Shown here one piece after another: positions 39,901-55,246 of a stretch of DNA of 64,000 nucleotides. The notes beneath the pieces were generated by a model. It saw only the letters and a program-made list of their open reading frames with translations. It ran no database searches and was not told the DNA's origin. Where the stretch lies: the NCBI RefSeq assembly GCF_006345805.1, contig NC_043012.1:1674001-1738000 (forward strand), written 5' to 3'. Position numbers and translations under genes: made by a program. Positions within the stretch are counted from its first letter, which is position 1; each line of letters begins with the position of its first letter. The DNA comes from Octopus sinensis. Its lineage: Eukaryota.

Positions 39901-42900
39901 TCAAAAATTGCATTACATATGTTATATGCTATGTGTTGTGGTATGTGCTGTGCTATATGTAATACTATCCGGATCTTTACCTTTTGACCGACAGATTTAA
40001 AAAAAATTTTTTTATAACTAAACACTTTCAAACTTCAGACACTGGTAGAATATGTCATATAAAACATCTTTTACTCTTAGCATGTGGCTTGGAGCCTGGT
40101 GCAGCCTATTGGCTAGCCAGTTCTCAGCAAATCGTCCAACCCATACCAGAATGGAAAACGAACGCTAAACAATGACAATGATATATATTGTTTTCAAATG
40201 GGAGAGAGCGAGTGATGAGAGAGAGTTTAGGGGGCAGGATGGTATGTTACCTACCTGATACTCTCAAATCTTTTCTCTTCCAAAATTTTTTCTTTCACAC
40301 CAACAATATCTTCATAGCCAGGAAGAAAAACAAGAATAGCACCTGGAATAATAAAAATATAAAAAATGAAATCCATATCGCTTTTAATACATACACACAA
40401 AGACTTCCTTCTGTTTCCCTCTACCAAATCAACTCACAAGGATTTGGTTGGTTTGGTGCTATAGCAGAAGGTACTTGATAGGGGTGTCACACAAGATCAA
40501 AACCCAAGTGGTTGACAAGCAAGCTTCTTAATCACACAGCCAGTAACTAATAGTTAGTTTAACTGAAGTTCAAATTATTTCCTTTCACAGTTTTACTTTC
40601 TGTGCAAACTCTATCACGCTGAATCAATGCAGGAGGTTACATGATCACTTCACATTCTGGACAGAGCAACCAAATCTCCCTCAAATATCACTTGTCTAAT
40701 AAAAGAATAAGTTGAGGGGAGGGAAGCATTCCGTCGGTTACGACGATGAGGGTTCCGGTTGATCCGACCAATGGAACAGCCTGCTCGTGAAATTAACGTG
40801 TAAGTGGCTGAGCACTCCACAGACACGTGTACCCTTAACGTAGTTCTCGGGGATATTCAGCATGACACAGAGAGTGACAAGGCCGGCCCTTTGAAATACA
40901 GGTATAACAGAAACAGGAAGTAAGAGTGAGAGAAAGTTGTGGTGAAAGAGTACAGCAGGGATCACCACCATCTCCTGCTGGAGCCTCGTGGAGCTTTAGG
41001 TGTTTTCGCTCAATAAACACTCACAACGCCCGGTCTGGGAATCGAAACCGCGATCCTATGACCGCGAGTCCGCTGCCCCAACCACTGGGCCATTGCGCCT
41101 CCACAAAAGAATAAGTTGAATAATGTGGTTGTATCTGAAACTCCAAAAGGGACCAACATGATTCATTTACAAGAAGTCTTTCGCCAACATCTGGTCTTCA
41201 AATGTGAGGTCTCCTCACTCCACATTTTCTCCAGCTACTACAACAGTTTCTGCTCCACAAAACTAGTTATTTGCATGTCATTTGATCAAGCAGAGAAGAG
41301 CTGAGATGGTTGAGTTAAGTTAGAAAAAGCAACTTACCTTCAGAAGAAGTAGTACATATCTTATGGATAAGACATATGATGAGATCTTTGTCAATTTTGT
41401 CATCATCAAAACACTGGTGGTAGATGTTCAAAAGTTCTCTGTCCTGGGGTGTCATATTTTCAGAAGACTTCACTAGAACTGTGTCCGATGTGACATTGTC
41501 CTCTGGAGAATTCCTATCACACACAATGCAGAAAATGGTTACAGAAATAAAAGGAAACATGCAAGTACTGAGGTATAACCAAATAGTGGACATAGTACCA
41601 AGTAAAAAGTTATAGTGTTAACCCTTTCGTATTTAAACCAGCCATACCGGACCAAAATATTCCACCTGTTTTAAGTTCAAACTGGTCAGATCCAGCCTCT
41701 TACACCTACCCAACAATGTCACTCAAAAAATAAACATATTATCAAAATCTCATAGCTATAAATGTCAGTGGTTAGAGTATTGGGGAATCATGAGGTAGTG
41801 AGTTCGATTCCTGGACAGGGCGGTGTATTGTGTTCTTGAGCAAGACACTTTAATTCATGTTACACCAGTTCACTCAACCATAGTCAAACAAATCGGCCCC
41901 AGGACTTATCCTTTGCAAGCCTAGTATCTATTCCATCAGTCTTTTTTGCCGAACCGCTAAGTTATGGGAACCTAAACACACCAACATCAGTTCTCAAGCG
42001 ATGGTGGGTGGGGACAAACACATGCGTTAATATATATATATATATATATATACATATATACGACGGGCTTCTTTTAGTTTCCCTCTACCAAATCTTCTCA
42101 CAAGGTTTTAGTCAGCCAGAGGCTATAGTAGAAGACACTTGCCCAAGGTGCCATGCAGGGGGACTGAACCCAGAACCATGTGGTTGGGAAGCAAGCTTCT
42201 TACCATACAGCCACAACAGTTCAGCAAAAAGGGATTGACAGAATAAGTACTAGACTTTAAAAAAACAAAAAAAAGCGCTGGAGTTGATTGGTTTGAGTAA
42301 ACTCCTCAAGGCAGTGCTGCAGCATGACCACAGTCAAATGACCGAAACAAGTAAAAGACAAAAAGATAAAACAAGTACAAAAATTATATTTACCGATAAC
42401 TTTCCAGAAGCTCCAGAATCTCAGCTCTTTGGAATTTCTTAGCCCATTCAAAGACAGTCCAATCGTTGGATGCCTGGACATTGACACTTGCTCCCAGACT
42501 CAACAGCCTCTCGACTACATCGAAGTAGCCTCGACCAGTGGCTATCATTAACGCTGTTGCACTGGTTTCAGAATGCTTGTAGTCAACTACGACAAACAGA
42601 AGGGAAAACATGAGAAATGATGACAAAACAAAAATAAAGGAACCCGCCCCCCAAAAAAAAAAAAAAGGCATTGTGGCATTTAGAATCTCACTTCGCAACA
42701 TGGGTTCTAGGTTAAGTCCTATTACTTGGTACCTTGAGCAATTGTTTTCTACTATACCCCTTGGCTGACCAATGTCTTGCAAATGAATTTAGTAGATGGA
42801 AACTGCATAGAAGCCAGTCACTGGGATTCATATAGGGGATGACAGAGAACCAAGACGCTTGGTGGTTTGCTGTGCTTGAAAAGACATGTCAAGCTAAGTA

Positions 42901-43128
42901 AAAGTATGGTTGCTCTTCCATACAGAGGCCCGTCCCTTGCAACCCTCTCCAGCTGAACATCACTAATCTTGTGGGGCTGATAGCTACTGGTGCTACATAA
43001 AAGCACCCAGTACGCTCTGTAAAGTGGTTGGCGTTAGGAAGGGCATCCTGCTGTAGGAACCATGCTAAAACAGGCATGGAGTCTGAACAGGCCTTCAGCT
43101 GGTCAGCTCCTGTCAAACTGTTCAACCC

Positions 43129-43163
<35 letters not shown>

Positions 43164-45068
43164 ATATCAACGCCTGCTTAGTTCGGCTGCTCTACATTGA
43201 AGAGGGGCAAATACCCTGAAACTAGTCTGTAGATGCCAGACCAGCAAGGGAAAGCAGCTGACCTCCCCTGTTCGAAGGTTATAATGGACACAGGTTCATG
43301 TGTCATAGCTAGCTAGAGGTGATGGTCTCTTGGAGCTAATCAACGGCAGCATTCATCCTATTTTTCTGGACTGCCATGTTAGTGTGACAATAACTATTAA
43401 TATATATATATATATATAGTTAATCCAAACATGAAAACACAACGCGAGGACGTGGGACAAATATAGTATTATTGGACGCTCAGAAAGGAAGGGAAGAAGG
43501 AGGGTTTTACATTTTGAGTGGAGCTCTTCGTCAGAAACATAGGAAAAGGAAAGATCCAAGGAAGGGAAGACGAAGGAAAAAAAATCGCCAACGGTACACA
43601 CGCGATCACATATTTCTTTACTACCCACAAGGGGCTAAACACAGAGGGGACAAACAAGGACAGACAAACGGATTAAGTCGATTACATCGACCCCAGTGCG
43701 TAACTGGTACTTAATTTTCCCAGTTATATATATATATTACCATCATCAGTTAATATCCATTTTCCATACTACATGGGTTGGCAAACCAGCTGAAGGACCG
43801 TTCAGGCTCCAGGACAGTAGCAATCATTTACAACCATCACACAATGTCAAAGATAAAGAGACATAAACATACACATATATATATATGTACATATATAAAT
43901 GTGTGTGTGTGTGTGCTGGTGTTACAAATAAAGCACCTGTGCTAGTACCACATATAATGCACCTGTGCTGGTGCCACATATAATGCACCTGTGCTTGTGC
44001 CACATATAAAGAACTTCTGCTGGCCCCACATATAAAGCACCAAAAAGTGGTTGGCATTAGAAAGGGCATCCATCCATAGAAACCATGCCCAAACAGACAA
44101 GTGGACCCTGGTGCAGCTCTCTGTTTTGCCAGCTCCTGTAAAACCATCCAACCCATGCCAGCATGGAAAGTGGATGTTAAATGATGATGATGATGATGAT
44201 GATGATGACAGCACATTCTTTCATCAGTCTCAATCTACCAAATCCAGTCACAAGGTATTGGTCACCTCAGGCGTCATCATCATCATCGTTTAACGTCCGC
44301 TTTCCATGCTAGCATGGGTTGGACGGTTCAACTGGGGTCTGGGGAGCCCGAAGGCTGCACCAGGCCAGTCAGATCTGGCAGTGTTTCTACAGCTGGATGC
44401 CCTTCCTAACGCCAACCACTCCGAGAGTGTAGTGGGTGATTTTATGTGCCACCGACACAGGTGCCAGACGAGGCTGGCGAACGGCCACACTCGGATGGTG
44501 TTTTTTATGTGCCACTGACACAGGTGCCAGACGAGGCTGGCAGACGGCCACACTCGGATGGTGTTTTTTATGTGCCACCGACACAGGTGCCAGACGAGGC
44601 TGGCGAACGGCTACGATCGGATGGTGTTTGTTACGTGCCCACAGCATGGAGGCCAGTCGATGCGGTACTATAATAAATAAAACTTGCCTAAGGTACCATG
44701 GAGTGGAACTGAACCTGAAACCAAGAAATGGAATTGCTAATGGTGAACAGGGTACAAGTGAACAGGTAAAAGAAAAGCAAATTAAGGATCCTTACCACTG
44801 ATGCTCTCGTTAATAATTAAATTGAAGATCTGCTCAAAAGCTTCTTCACTGTCAGTGAGCCAAGCATCTGTGAGAAGCTGATCCATTTCTTTAATCAACC
44901 AGGGTTCAAGTTCGTCTTTCTCCTCTACAGACTTCTTGGGATGAATAACAGAGAAAAGAACAGACAGAGAAAAAGAATATAGTTAGATCTCAATTTTAAT
45001 GCAAACGCACAGACATACCCACTTAAACATTCACAAATATACATTAAACACACTAACTATTCTTATAA

Positions 45069-45102
<34 letters not shown>

Positions 45103-47675
45103 TCATCACTTAACATCCGTTTTCCATGCTGGCATGGGTTTGACAGTTTGACTGGGGACTAGCAAGCCAGGAGGCTACACCAGGCTCCAATCTGATTTAG
45201 CAATCTTTCTACAGCTTGATGCCCTTCCTAACACCAACCATTCCGAGAAAGTAGTGGATGCTTTTTATATGCCAACAAGGGAGCCATATATATATACACT
45301 AGCAGAATTGCCCGGCGTTGCTCGGGGCTGAATTGCTTGAAAGTACTGTTAATGATTGCACTGAATTATGATGATTATTCAGGCAAATATTGATATAAGT
45401 TTACGGTGGGAGATAAGGACTTAACGATCAAACATGTGCCATTGCATTGTTTTGGGGGAACCAAATTTCTGATGAGCATTATAGGGGCACCAACTTTAAG
45501 TTTGAGAAAGTGTGGTGGTAGTCCGGGGTGCTCAAAGGAATTGAGTACCTCTATTGGATAGTTGATGACGTCCTCTGGATCAGGAGTTGTATCGATAGAC
45601 TGATATACATAGACTTCCCCAGGAATGAGTTTTAGCATTTCATCATTAATATGGTGAACAGTTTTATTCCTCGGGGCCAGTATAGCCTTTTTGCCAATCC
45701 AATCCATATTCTGATAATTAGCTTGTAGATGAAGGTCTTTTACATTTCGAGCCTACGCTCTTCAACAGAAAGGAACACAGAAATAAGTAGAGAGAGAATT
45801 AAAAAAAGACTTGTGGATTTAATGATCAATCATGGCAACTACATACATAGACAGACTGACAGATAGATAGATCTAATCCATGCCAGCATAGAAAATGGAT
45901 GTTAAATGATGATAATGGTGCTCCAGCATGGTAACAGCCTTGTCAAAGAATATACATTTATACATATTGTCATTGTTTAACATCAGTTTTCCATGCCAGC
46001 ATGATACATACATTAAACAATTACACGCAAAAGTTTCATAGTGACTTCGAAGTGTTGGCATGCTTACTGTCGATAGATTGTCTGACAAAGATGAGTAAGC
46101 CGAAACTAAAAGTTTATTAAACCTGTCCTCTTCTAAGAAGTTTTGAGTAGTCATTCACCTCAATGTTAAATTGTTTTTGTATATAACTTGACATAAAAAC
46201 ACACATTGACATTCTCAAATGCAGGATAATACTAATAATATAGCATGAACAGGATAAACTATCCATATTCGACCAGAAGAATGGGGCCCCACCTGCAAGG
46301 TCATGTACTGTTTATCTGAATATGATATCACCATGCCGCGTATATATGTTTGTGGTGCATGTGCCTGGTGTACCCTTATCAGACGGGCAGTCATGATGGG
46401 TGTAATGGGCTTCATATATTTTACCCCAGTGTCACACTGATGGCATGCACTGCTCTCTCACTCAATAATAATAACAATAATAATGATGATTTGAAATTTT
46501 GCCACAAGAGTAGCAATTTTGGGGGAGGATATGAATAGATTACATTGACCCCAGTGTTCAACTGGTACTTATTTTATTGTCCTCAAGAGGATGAAAAGCA
46601 AAGCTGATCTCAGTGGGATTTGAACAGAGGAAATAAAGGCAGATGAAATGCCACTAAGCAATTAGCCCGGTGTGCTAATGATTCTGCCAGCTCACCGCTT
46701 ATTAAAATATTGACAAAAAATAATTACCTCAAGGGCTTTATCTAATACTTCCAAGTTTTTACCAGCCATTTTAGTTCGGTAAGGCTTGTCTTCAGATTCG
46801 TTAGTCAGGCTTAATTTTCTGCTACACCAGTCACTTAATTGCTTCTGTTGTTTCTCCACTAAAAGACACGAAACAGTGCAAACAAATTACTATATAATAA
46901 TTACATTAGAAAGAAGGAAAAATAAAATGCATCATGATTATTTTTCTTTTAAGGTGGACTGGCTCCTGTGCAAGTGGCATGTAAAAAACACCATTTGAGT
47001 GTGGCCGTTGCCAGTACCACCTGACAGGCCATCGTGCCAGTGGCATGTAAAAGCACCCACTACACTCTCGGAGTGGTTGGCGTTAGGAAGGGCATCCAGC
47101 TGTAGAAACTCGGCCAGATCAGATTGGAGCCTGGTGCAGTCATCTGGTTTGCCAATCCTCAGTCAAATCATCCAACCCATGCTAGCATGGAAAGCAGACG
47201 TTAAACGATGGTGATGATGATGAAGCAGGGGGATGAATTGGATGCTTAAATTGTAGATGCTGACACGGTAAATTATCAGCTCTGGCATTTGATTTTCAGA
47301 AGTGGAGAGAATGGTAAAATAGCCAAATTTGCAATCTTCAGTTGAGTATTTATGTCTATTCTCATCAATGGTCAGGAATGTTGAGTAATGACCAAAAGAA
47401 TACAATCACCAATACAAGCAGCCAGGTTTATCTTTCATCCTTCCAGGGTCAACAAGAGAAATATCAGCCACGTACCATCATCATCATCACCATAATAATC
47501 ATCATTTAAAATCTGTTGTCCATGCTGGCATGGGTTGGATGGTCTGATCAAGAGCTGCACCAGACTTCAGTCTGTTTTGACTTGGTTTCTATGGCTGGAT
47601 GCCCTTCCTAACACCAACCACTTTACAGAGTGTGTCCGCATAGGTGCTTTTATGTGACACCACATGGGGTGCACC

Positions 47676-47713
<38 letters not shown>

Positions 47714-50700
47714 ATCAGTTTCCCTCATTTCTATGAAATCCACTCGCTAAGTTTTTATAAGCCAGAGGCTATAAACAAAGACACTAGTGCAAGGGGTTAA
47801 GCAGTGGACTGAACCCAAAACCACACGGTAGCAAAGCGAACTCGCTAACCACACAGCTGTTATTTGTCAAAATAAATTGATTCAGTGTAAAAGCTGGAAT
47901 GGTGTTAACCGAAATGAAATTCAAAATAAAAAAAAAAGAATACTCACCATTTGATAATTCTCTTTTAGATCTCTCCATTGCTTTTGTGGAATAGTTGGTC
48001 CTGAAAATAGTTTATCACTCATATAATAGATGCTGTTGTGCATAATAAATAGTTTGTGTAATGCAAGGGGAAATAACACTAAGCAAACTGAAGTTAACTG
48101 CTTGGTTACAATCTGAAGGAGTGTGTGAGTGTGTGGCTGTGTGTGTGTGTGCGCACATGCACAGGGTTGTACAGACAATCACGGTTATCATCATTTTATA
48201 TCGACCTTCGATGCCAGCAAAGATTGAGCAATCCAACAGGACCAAAAGAGTTGGAGCACCACACTTGCATTATAATGTCTCAGTTTTGGCATACTTTCTA
48301 CAGCTGGATGCCCTTCCTTACACTATGTTTTACTGAGTGTATCAGATGCTTTTCTCATGGCACCAGCACAAATAAGGTCACCTTATAACTAACAAGACCG
48401 TGACCGACCAGGCTATCAGATGTTGCTATACATCGCTGGTCACAATGCGCTTCGCATTGTTTTAGCCTTCAAATGATGCCACCCTGCTGGCTAAGCGAGC
48501 AGGTCAACAGAAGAACGAGTGGGAGAAAGTTGTGGCGAAAGAGTACAGCAGGGATCGCCACCACCTCCTGCAGGAGCCTCGTGGAGCTTTAGGTGTTTTC
48601 GCTCAATAAACACTCACAACGCCTGGTCTGGGAATCGAAACCGCGATCCTACGACCGCGAGTCCGCTACCCTAACCACTGGGCCATTGCGCCTCCACAAA
48701 TATATATATATATATATATATGTATGTATATATATGTATATATATATTACATGAGAAAATGAGAGCAAGAGAAATAATATTCTTAAGATTATAAATCAGA
48801 AATAGTACAGGACAAGTAACTACACTTGGAAAAGTTCAGGATGTAGCTAGGGACCAGTCCTCTTCAAAAATGCTAATAGTTTTCCATTTGGTTAAGAACT
48901 GAGGTCGCAACAAGATCATCCTCATCAGTTTTAAATCTGCTTTCTCTGAGAATTTGCTGATTTTAGGAAAACTAATACAGAAAATAAACTCACCATTTCA
49001 ATACATCTTCTAAAAAATATTCTTTCACCTCAAATAATGTTCCTGGAACTGTGAACAGATAAAAAGATAATACAGTAATAGATTACACTTAGTTTTCTCA
49101 CACACACTCATATACAGGAAAACGAATGTTTTTAATTAAATCCACAACATTGAGCTTCTTCACAAATGGGGAATTTTGGTATGTATTTCTTTGTAAATTC
49201 TGGATTCCCACCAAGTATTACTCTACAGAGCAGTATCATAGAGAGAATTACCATAGTAGTATAAATATGCAAAACAATAAAGGAGCCTGAATATTTTGCT
49301 GGAATTGCTAGAAACAGAAACCCAATCTCCCTCAAGTCACATCCTACCCATCTATACAAAGAAGGATGTATGTGGAGCCAGGATAAGGTAGCCTTGGATG
49401 TGTTATACTTTTAACAAAGACAGAATGATCACGGTTTGACTATCTCTGATCATAGGTCTGCTCAATCAAGACACACCAGGAGTTAAACAACTACTACTAT
49501 AAGTCAAGAAAGGAGCTTCTAGAAAGGGTTGACAACTCTCCATCAATATTTTTTTCTACTCTAGGCACAACGTTTCTGCCAGTTCACTGCTTTAGAAAAG
49601 CAATATATTCTTTTCTACTCTAGGCACAAGGCCTGAAATTTTGGGGGGAGTGGGGACCAGTCAATTAGATTGCCCCCAGTATGCAACTGGTACTTAATTT
49701 ATCGATCTCGAAATGATGAAAGGCAAAGTCAACCTCAGTGGAATTTGAACTCAGAATGTAAAGACAGATGAAATACCACTAAGCAATCTCAGGTGGGTTG
49801 GCATTAAAAGAGTTAATGCAATTTGGTCTTGGAAGAGATCGAAAATGGAATAAAGCTGCCAACAATGGGGTCAGAGGGTGAAAACTGAAATATTTTGGCC
49901 ACATTTGATAAGACATGTCAAACAAAATAAAATTGCTGTCCCTTACACACACAAGCTTGTCCTTTCAGGTGCTGGTCCCACTTAAAAATGTACCCATGCC
50001 AGGGATGCATCAAACATACCCATACTGGTGCTGCATAAACGTCCTCATGACGGTTACACATAGAAAAACACCCAGCATACTTTGGTAAGTGGTTGGCATT
50101 AGGAAGGGCATCCAGCCATAGAAACCATGCCACAACAGACAGTTGGAGTTCGGACAGCTCTCTGCTAGCCAGCTACATGTCAAACTGTCCAGCCCATGCC
50201 AGTATGGAGACCAGATGTTAAACGATGATGTTGATGATGACACTATCAAGGTCCAGAACTTCCATGCTCAAATTTACAAGATTTGAGTGAATAGAAAACA
50301 AGATCATGGGTAACAAAGATGAAGATGGAGCAATGACATCAGGGACTGGACAGGGAAGACCTTGTCAAAGGGTATGGTTACAGCAGGAGTCTATAGCATA
50401 TGGTGAGGAGTTGTGGTTGTCATTTGAGGCCTTTGACTGACCCAGTGCCATGAAGCGGGGCCTGTTTATCATCAATGCTTCATATAACTGTTCAGATGAG
50501 GAATATATATTTCTTTACAACCCACAAGGGGCTAAACACAGAGAGGACAAACAAGGACAGACAAACGGGTTAAGTCGATTACACCGACCCCAGTGCGTAA
50601 CTGGTACTTAATTTATCGACCCCCGAAAGGATGAAAGGCAAAGTCGACCTCGGCGGAATTTGAACCCAGAACGTAACGGCAGACGAAATACGGCTACGCA

Positions 50701-53013
50701 TTTCGCCCGGCGTGCTAATGTTTCTGCCAGCTCGCCGCCTTGAGGAATATAGTTAAAGTAAAAACAGTACTTACTGCTTACGAAAGCACAGTTGCTGAAA
50801 TAATTAATAAACAGTTCAGTATTTAATGCTGCACTCATTAAAACCAACTTCAGATTCTTGAAACGTGGAAGTACATCTCGTAAGGTTATAAGCAGGAAGT
50901 CACTGTATCTGTCTCTTTCGTGAATTTCATCCTGTAACAATAAACAGCAACAATATAAATACCTTTAAGCACACACACACAAACATACATACAAATATGC
51001 ATAGGTGCAGACATTGCTTCCCAACCACATAGTTCCAGGTTCAGTCCCACTTTGCAGCACCTTGGACAAGTGTCTTCTGCTATAGCCTTGGGCCGACCAA
51101 AGCCTTGTGAGTGGATTTAGTTGAAAGAAACTGAAGCCCATCATATATATATATATATATATATTTACTCTCTCTTTACTCTTTTACTTGCTTCAGTCAT
51201 TTGACTGTGGCCATGCTGGAGCACCGCCTTTAATCGAGCAACTCGACCCCGGGACTTATTCTTTTGTAAGCCCAGTACTTATTCTATCGGTCTCTTTTGC
51301 CGAACCACTAAGTAACGGGGACATAAACACACCAGCATCGGTTGTCAAGCAATGATAGGGGAACAAACACATGCATATATATATATGTACGACGGGCTTC
51401 TTTCAGTTTCCGTCTACCAAATCTACTCACAAGTCTTTGGTTGGCCCGAGGCTATTGTAGAAGACACTTGCCCAAGGTGCCACGCAGTGGGACTGAACCC
51501 AGAACCATACATATATATATATATATATATATAATTGTAATATGTGACAATTATTTGGTAGCCATGATAAAACTCTGAGTTTCGGATGTCAGGGAGGAAA
51601 TCCACACTGCCATCTTTTCAGTTATCCGGCCATCGGAAAAAATTCTATGATAATGACTATTTTGGAAAATCGCCAGACATCGGTTGAGGACTCTGCTCCG
51701 CAGAAGAATTCAATATGGATGCCTACTACATCAATTATTCTATGAAAAACATACCTATACCATCAAGGGAACTATACTCTAAGAAACTGTTTGAGAAAAT
51801 TGCAGGGGTCATTTTCATAGCACTTTTTCCGATGGTCGGATAACTGAAGAGATGGCGGCGTGGATTTCCACCCCGAAATCCGAATCTTGGAGTTTTATCA
51901 TGGCTACCGAATAACTGTCGCATATCACAATTACAGATAAATCCCTCTATTTACATAATATCGAGGTCTCTTTCATTCTTTTGTTGTCTTACCATTTCTA
52001 TCAATATATATGTATATGTCTTTGTCCACCTCACCTCTGCTCGACAACCACTGCTGGTGTGCTCACATCCCCGTAACTTAACAGTTTGACAAAAGAGACT
52101 GATAGAATAAGTACCAGGCCTAAAAACAAAAAAAGTTCTGTGGTCAATTCGTTCAATTAAAGATTCTTCAAGGCTGTGCTCCAGCATGGCCATAGTCTAA
52201 TGACTGAAACAAGTAAAAAGCAAATATTCTCAAGTATTTTCAACTACAGCTCGACATCAAGCATTGCTTTGTGCAAGAATTAGTAAATGGAAACTGTATG
52301 AAGCCCATCATGTGTGTGTGTATGTGTATAGGTGTAGGTATGTATGTGGGGGTCAAGAAGTTCTTTTATCAGTCATGTGGTCTGGTGTTCAGTCCTACTG
52401 GTCAAGTGTGTTCTACAGCACCAACACTCTTGGAAACTGCAGGAAGCCTCTTACGTCCAGTTATGCACATGTTTTTTATGTGTGAATATTTACACTCTGA
52501 ATCACAAATATGACATTTCTCTGCCAAAAAAATTCCTCTGGGAGTGCTGTGCTTTCAAAGATCAATGTAATGCAAAAATCACTCATAACGAAAGTAGTTA
52601 AGGATTAGTGATAAGAAGAGCATTTGGCTGTAAAACAATGTCCCAATAGTATATACTCATCTAACCCATGCTAATATGGAAAAAAATGAACATAAAATAA
52701 ACGAACATATGTGAGTGTGTATACAAGGGCGTGCTGAAAAGTTCCTGGCTAGACAGACAGGCTTGCAGGTCAGAAGACAGACAGACAGATAAATAGATAG
52801 ATACAAGGGGGTGCCAAAAAGTTCCTGGCTTTGGGTAAAAGAAAATACAGGAGGATCAGTTAATAGTGATTTTATTCAACATATTCCCCTCTCAGATTCA
52901 CACACTTGTTGCAGTGGTCCTTCATGATGCCCTCAAAGCCAGGAACTTTCCAGCACACCCTCATATATATATACCTATGTATATAAATATATATACCTAT
53001 GTGTGTATATATA

Positions 53014-53055
<42 letters not shown>

Positions 53056-54775
53056 AATCCCCAAAAAAACAAAGAACACAAGAGGAAAAACAACATGAGG
53101 ATGTGGTACATGCAAAGTATTAGCAGATGCTCAGGGAAGGAAAGCAAGGTGGTTTTATGTTTCGAGCAAAGCTCTTCTTCAGAAACAGGAGGCAGACAAA
53201 AGTCCAAGAAAAAAGGAAAACAGAAGAAAAAAAAATCACCAATGATTCACATGTGGTTACAAGACTCTTTATTCTGAAGCACTACGGTCTTTTTGACCCA
53301 TCATGCATCGGTACCTTGTAAGTGAGATGCTGTACAGATGTGATGTAGGTACAGATGCATCTCCTCGGGTGACTTTTCAAAAAGTCCCTCTTTATTTTTT
53401 TTTAGTGTTTCACTTATTTCTGTAACAATACATCTTGGTAATTGTAGCATTTGCGTCTCCATAAGGAACTAAACAGCTAGAAGCCAAATCAAGTCATTTC
53501 AAATAACATATACAGTAGTACCTCGGTTTACAAACAACTCTGATCACAAATAAACCATGCTTTACATCAATATACAGGGGTTGGACAAAATAATGGAAAC
53601 ACCTTAAAATTTCAAACAAATTTATTTTAATATTCGATAGGATCACCACCTTTGGTAGTAATTACTGCTTGAATTCTATGAGGTATGGACTCGTACAAAG
53701 TTTGAATTGTTTCCAAAGGAATTTTTTCCATTCTTCAGCTAAAACAGTCTCCAGTTCTTGTAGCGATGATGGTGGAGGATATTGACTCCTTACTTGTTTT
53801 TCTAAAATGCACCATAAATGTCCGATGATAATGAGATCTGGGGACTGTGGTGACCAGATAAGATGTTCACTAGAACGTTCCTCGTGCCATTCAGTAACAA
53901 CTTTAGCTGTGTGAATTGGTGCATTATCATCCTGAAAGATTGTGTTTCCCTCCGGAAACAGCTCCGTAACCATAGGATGAATTTGATCAGATAAAATGCT
54001 TAAATAGACCTGGCTATTAATTCTGCCATGAAGGGAAACCAGATTTCCAAGATATAGCCCCTGATCATCACAGATCCTTCTCCGTTTTAACAGTTGGAAA
54101 GCAGTCTAGGTCAAATGCTTCTTTTGGCTATCTCCACACGTATACTTGGCCAGTGGTCGGAAAAAAGGTAAAGGATGACTCGTCTGATAAAGTAGCATTC
54201 TTCCACTGCTCTAGGGACCAATTCTGTAGGTTTTTACTCCACTCTAAATGCTTTGCAACGTTTGCTTTTGAAAGTAGTAGTTTTCTGACTGCAGCCCTCC
54301 TGTGAAATCTAGCTTTGTGCAGCTCCTGGCAAACAGTTTTTGTGGAAATTGGGTTCATGAGGTGGTCATTAAACCCTGCAGTAATTTTGGGAGCTGTACG
54401 TTTGTGAGCCTTTCTAACAATTCGCATAAGAGTCCGACAGTCCCTGACTGAAAGCTTAGGTTTTCTTCCGGAGTTTAGCTTCGAAGAGGAGGTTTTTCCC
54501 TCTTTCTCAAACGCTGTTATTACTTTCAAGACAGTACTTCTTGATACACCAACAATTCAACTGCTTTGAAAGTCTGATAGATCTGTCATTTTAATGAATT
54601 TTAATTAACTTTTTCTGATGATATCTGAAAAGAAACAGCAATTTTAGCAAAACATATTAAGCAACGCTAATGATAGATAAAAAAACATAAAAATAAACAA
54701 GCTTTTGACGGTTTTATAGATATTTCAAAATTATGATGCTATGATACTAGGTGTTTCCATTATTTTGTCCAACCC

Positions 54776-54816
<41 letters not shown>

Positions 54817-55194
54817 ACGATTTATTCATGATCAGATTTGTTCGAAAACTGAGATACTACTGTATATATAATCATCGTCATCATCATTTAACGGCCAGTT
54901 TCCATCCTGGCATGGATTAGACAGTTTGACTAGAATTTGTAAGCTTGATTTGGCAATATATGTATGTGTATATATGTATTTCTCTCTCTCTCTATTATAT
55001 ACATACATATATGTGTACATGTGTGTGTGTGTTTTCATCACAACTCACTGATGAAAGGGAATATGAAACTCTGAGTAACAGTCTTGTGATAATTTTGAAG
55101 CTTTAATAAAAAGCAGATTACTCTACCTTTGGTATTCGAGTACTATTCTGTCACCTTGCTTCGCACTTATGTGCTAACCTGTGTGTTTATATGC

Positions 55195-55246
<52 letters not shown>

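Noticed and set aside
45375-45707. PIF1 as a host nested gene
   Set aside because: It is a fragment flanked by a Helitron hairpin and CTAG end, so it is transposon-derived.
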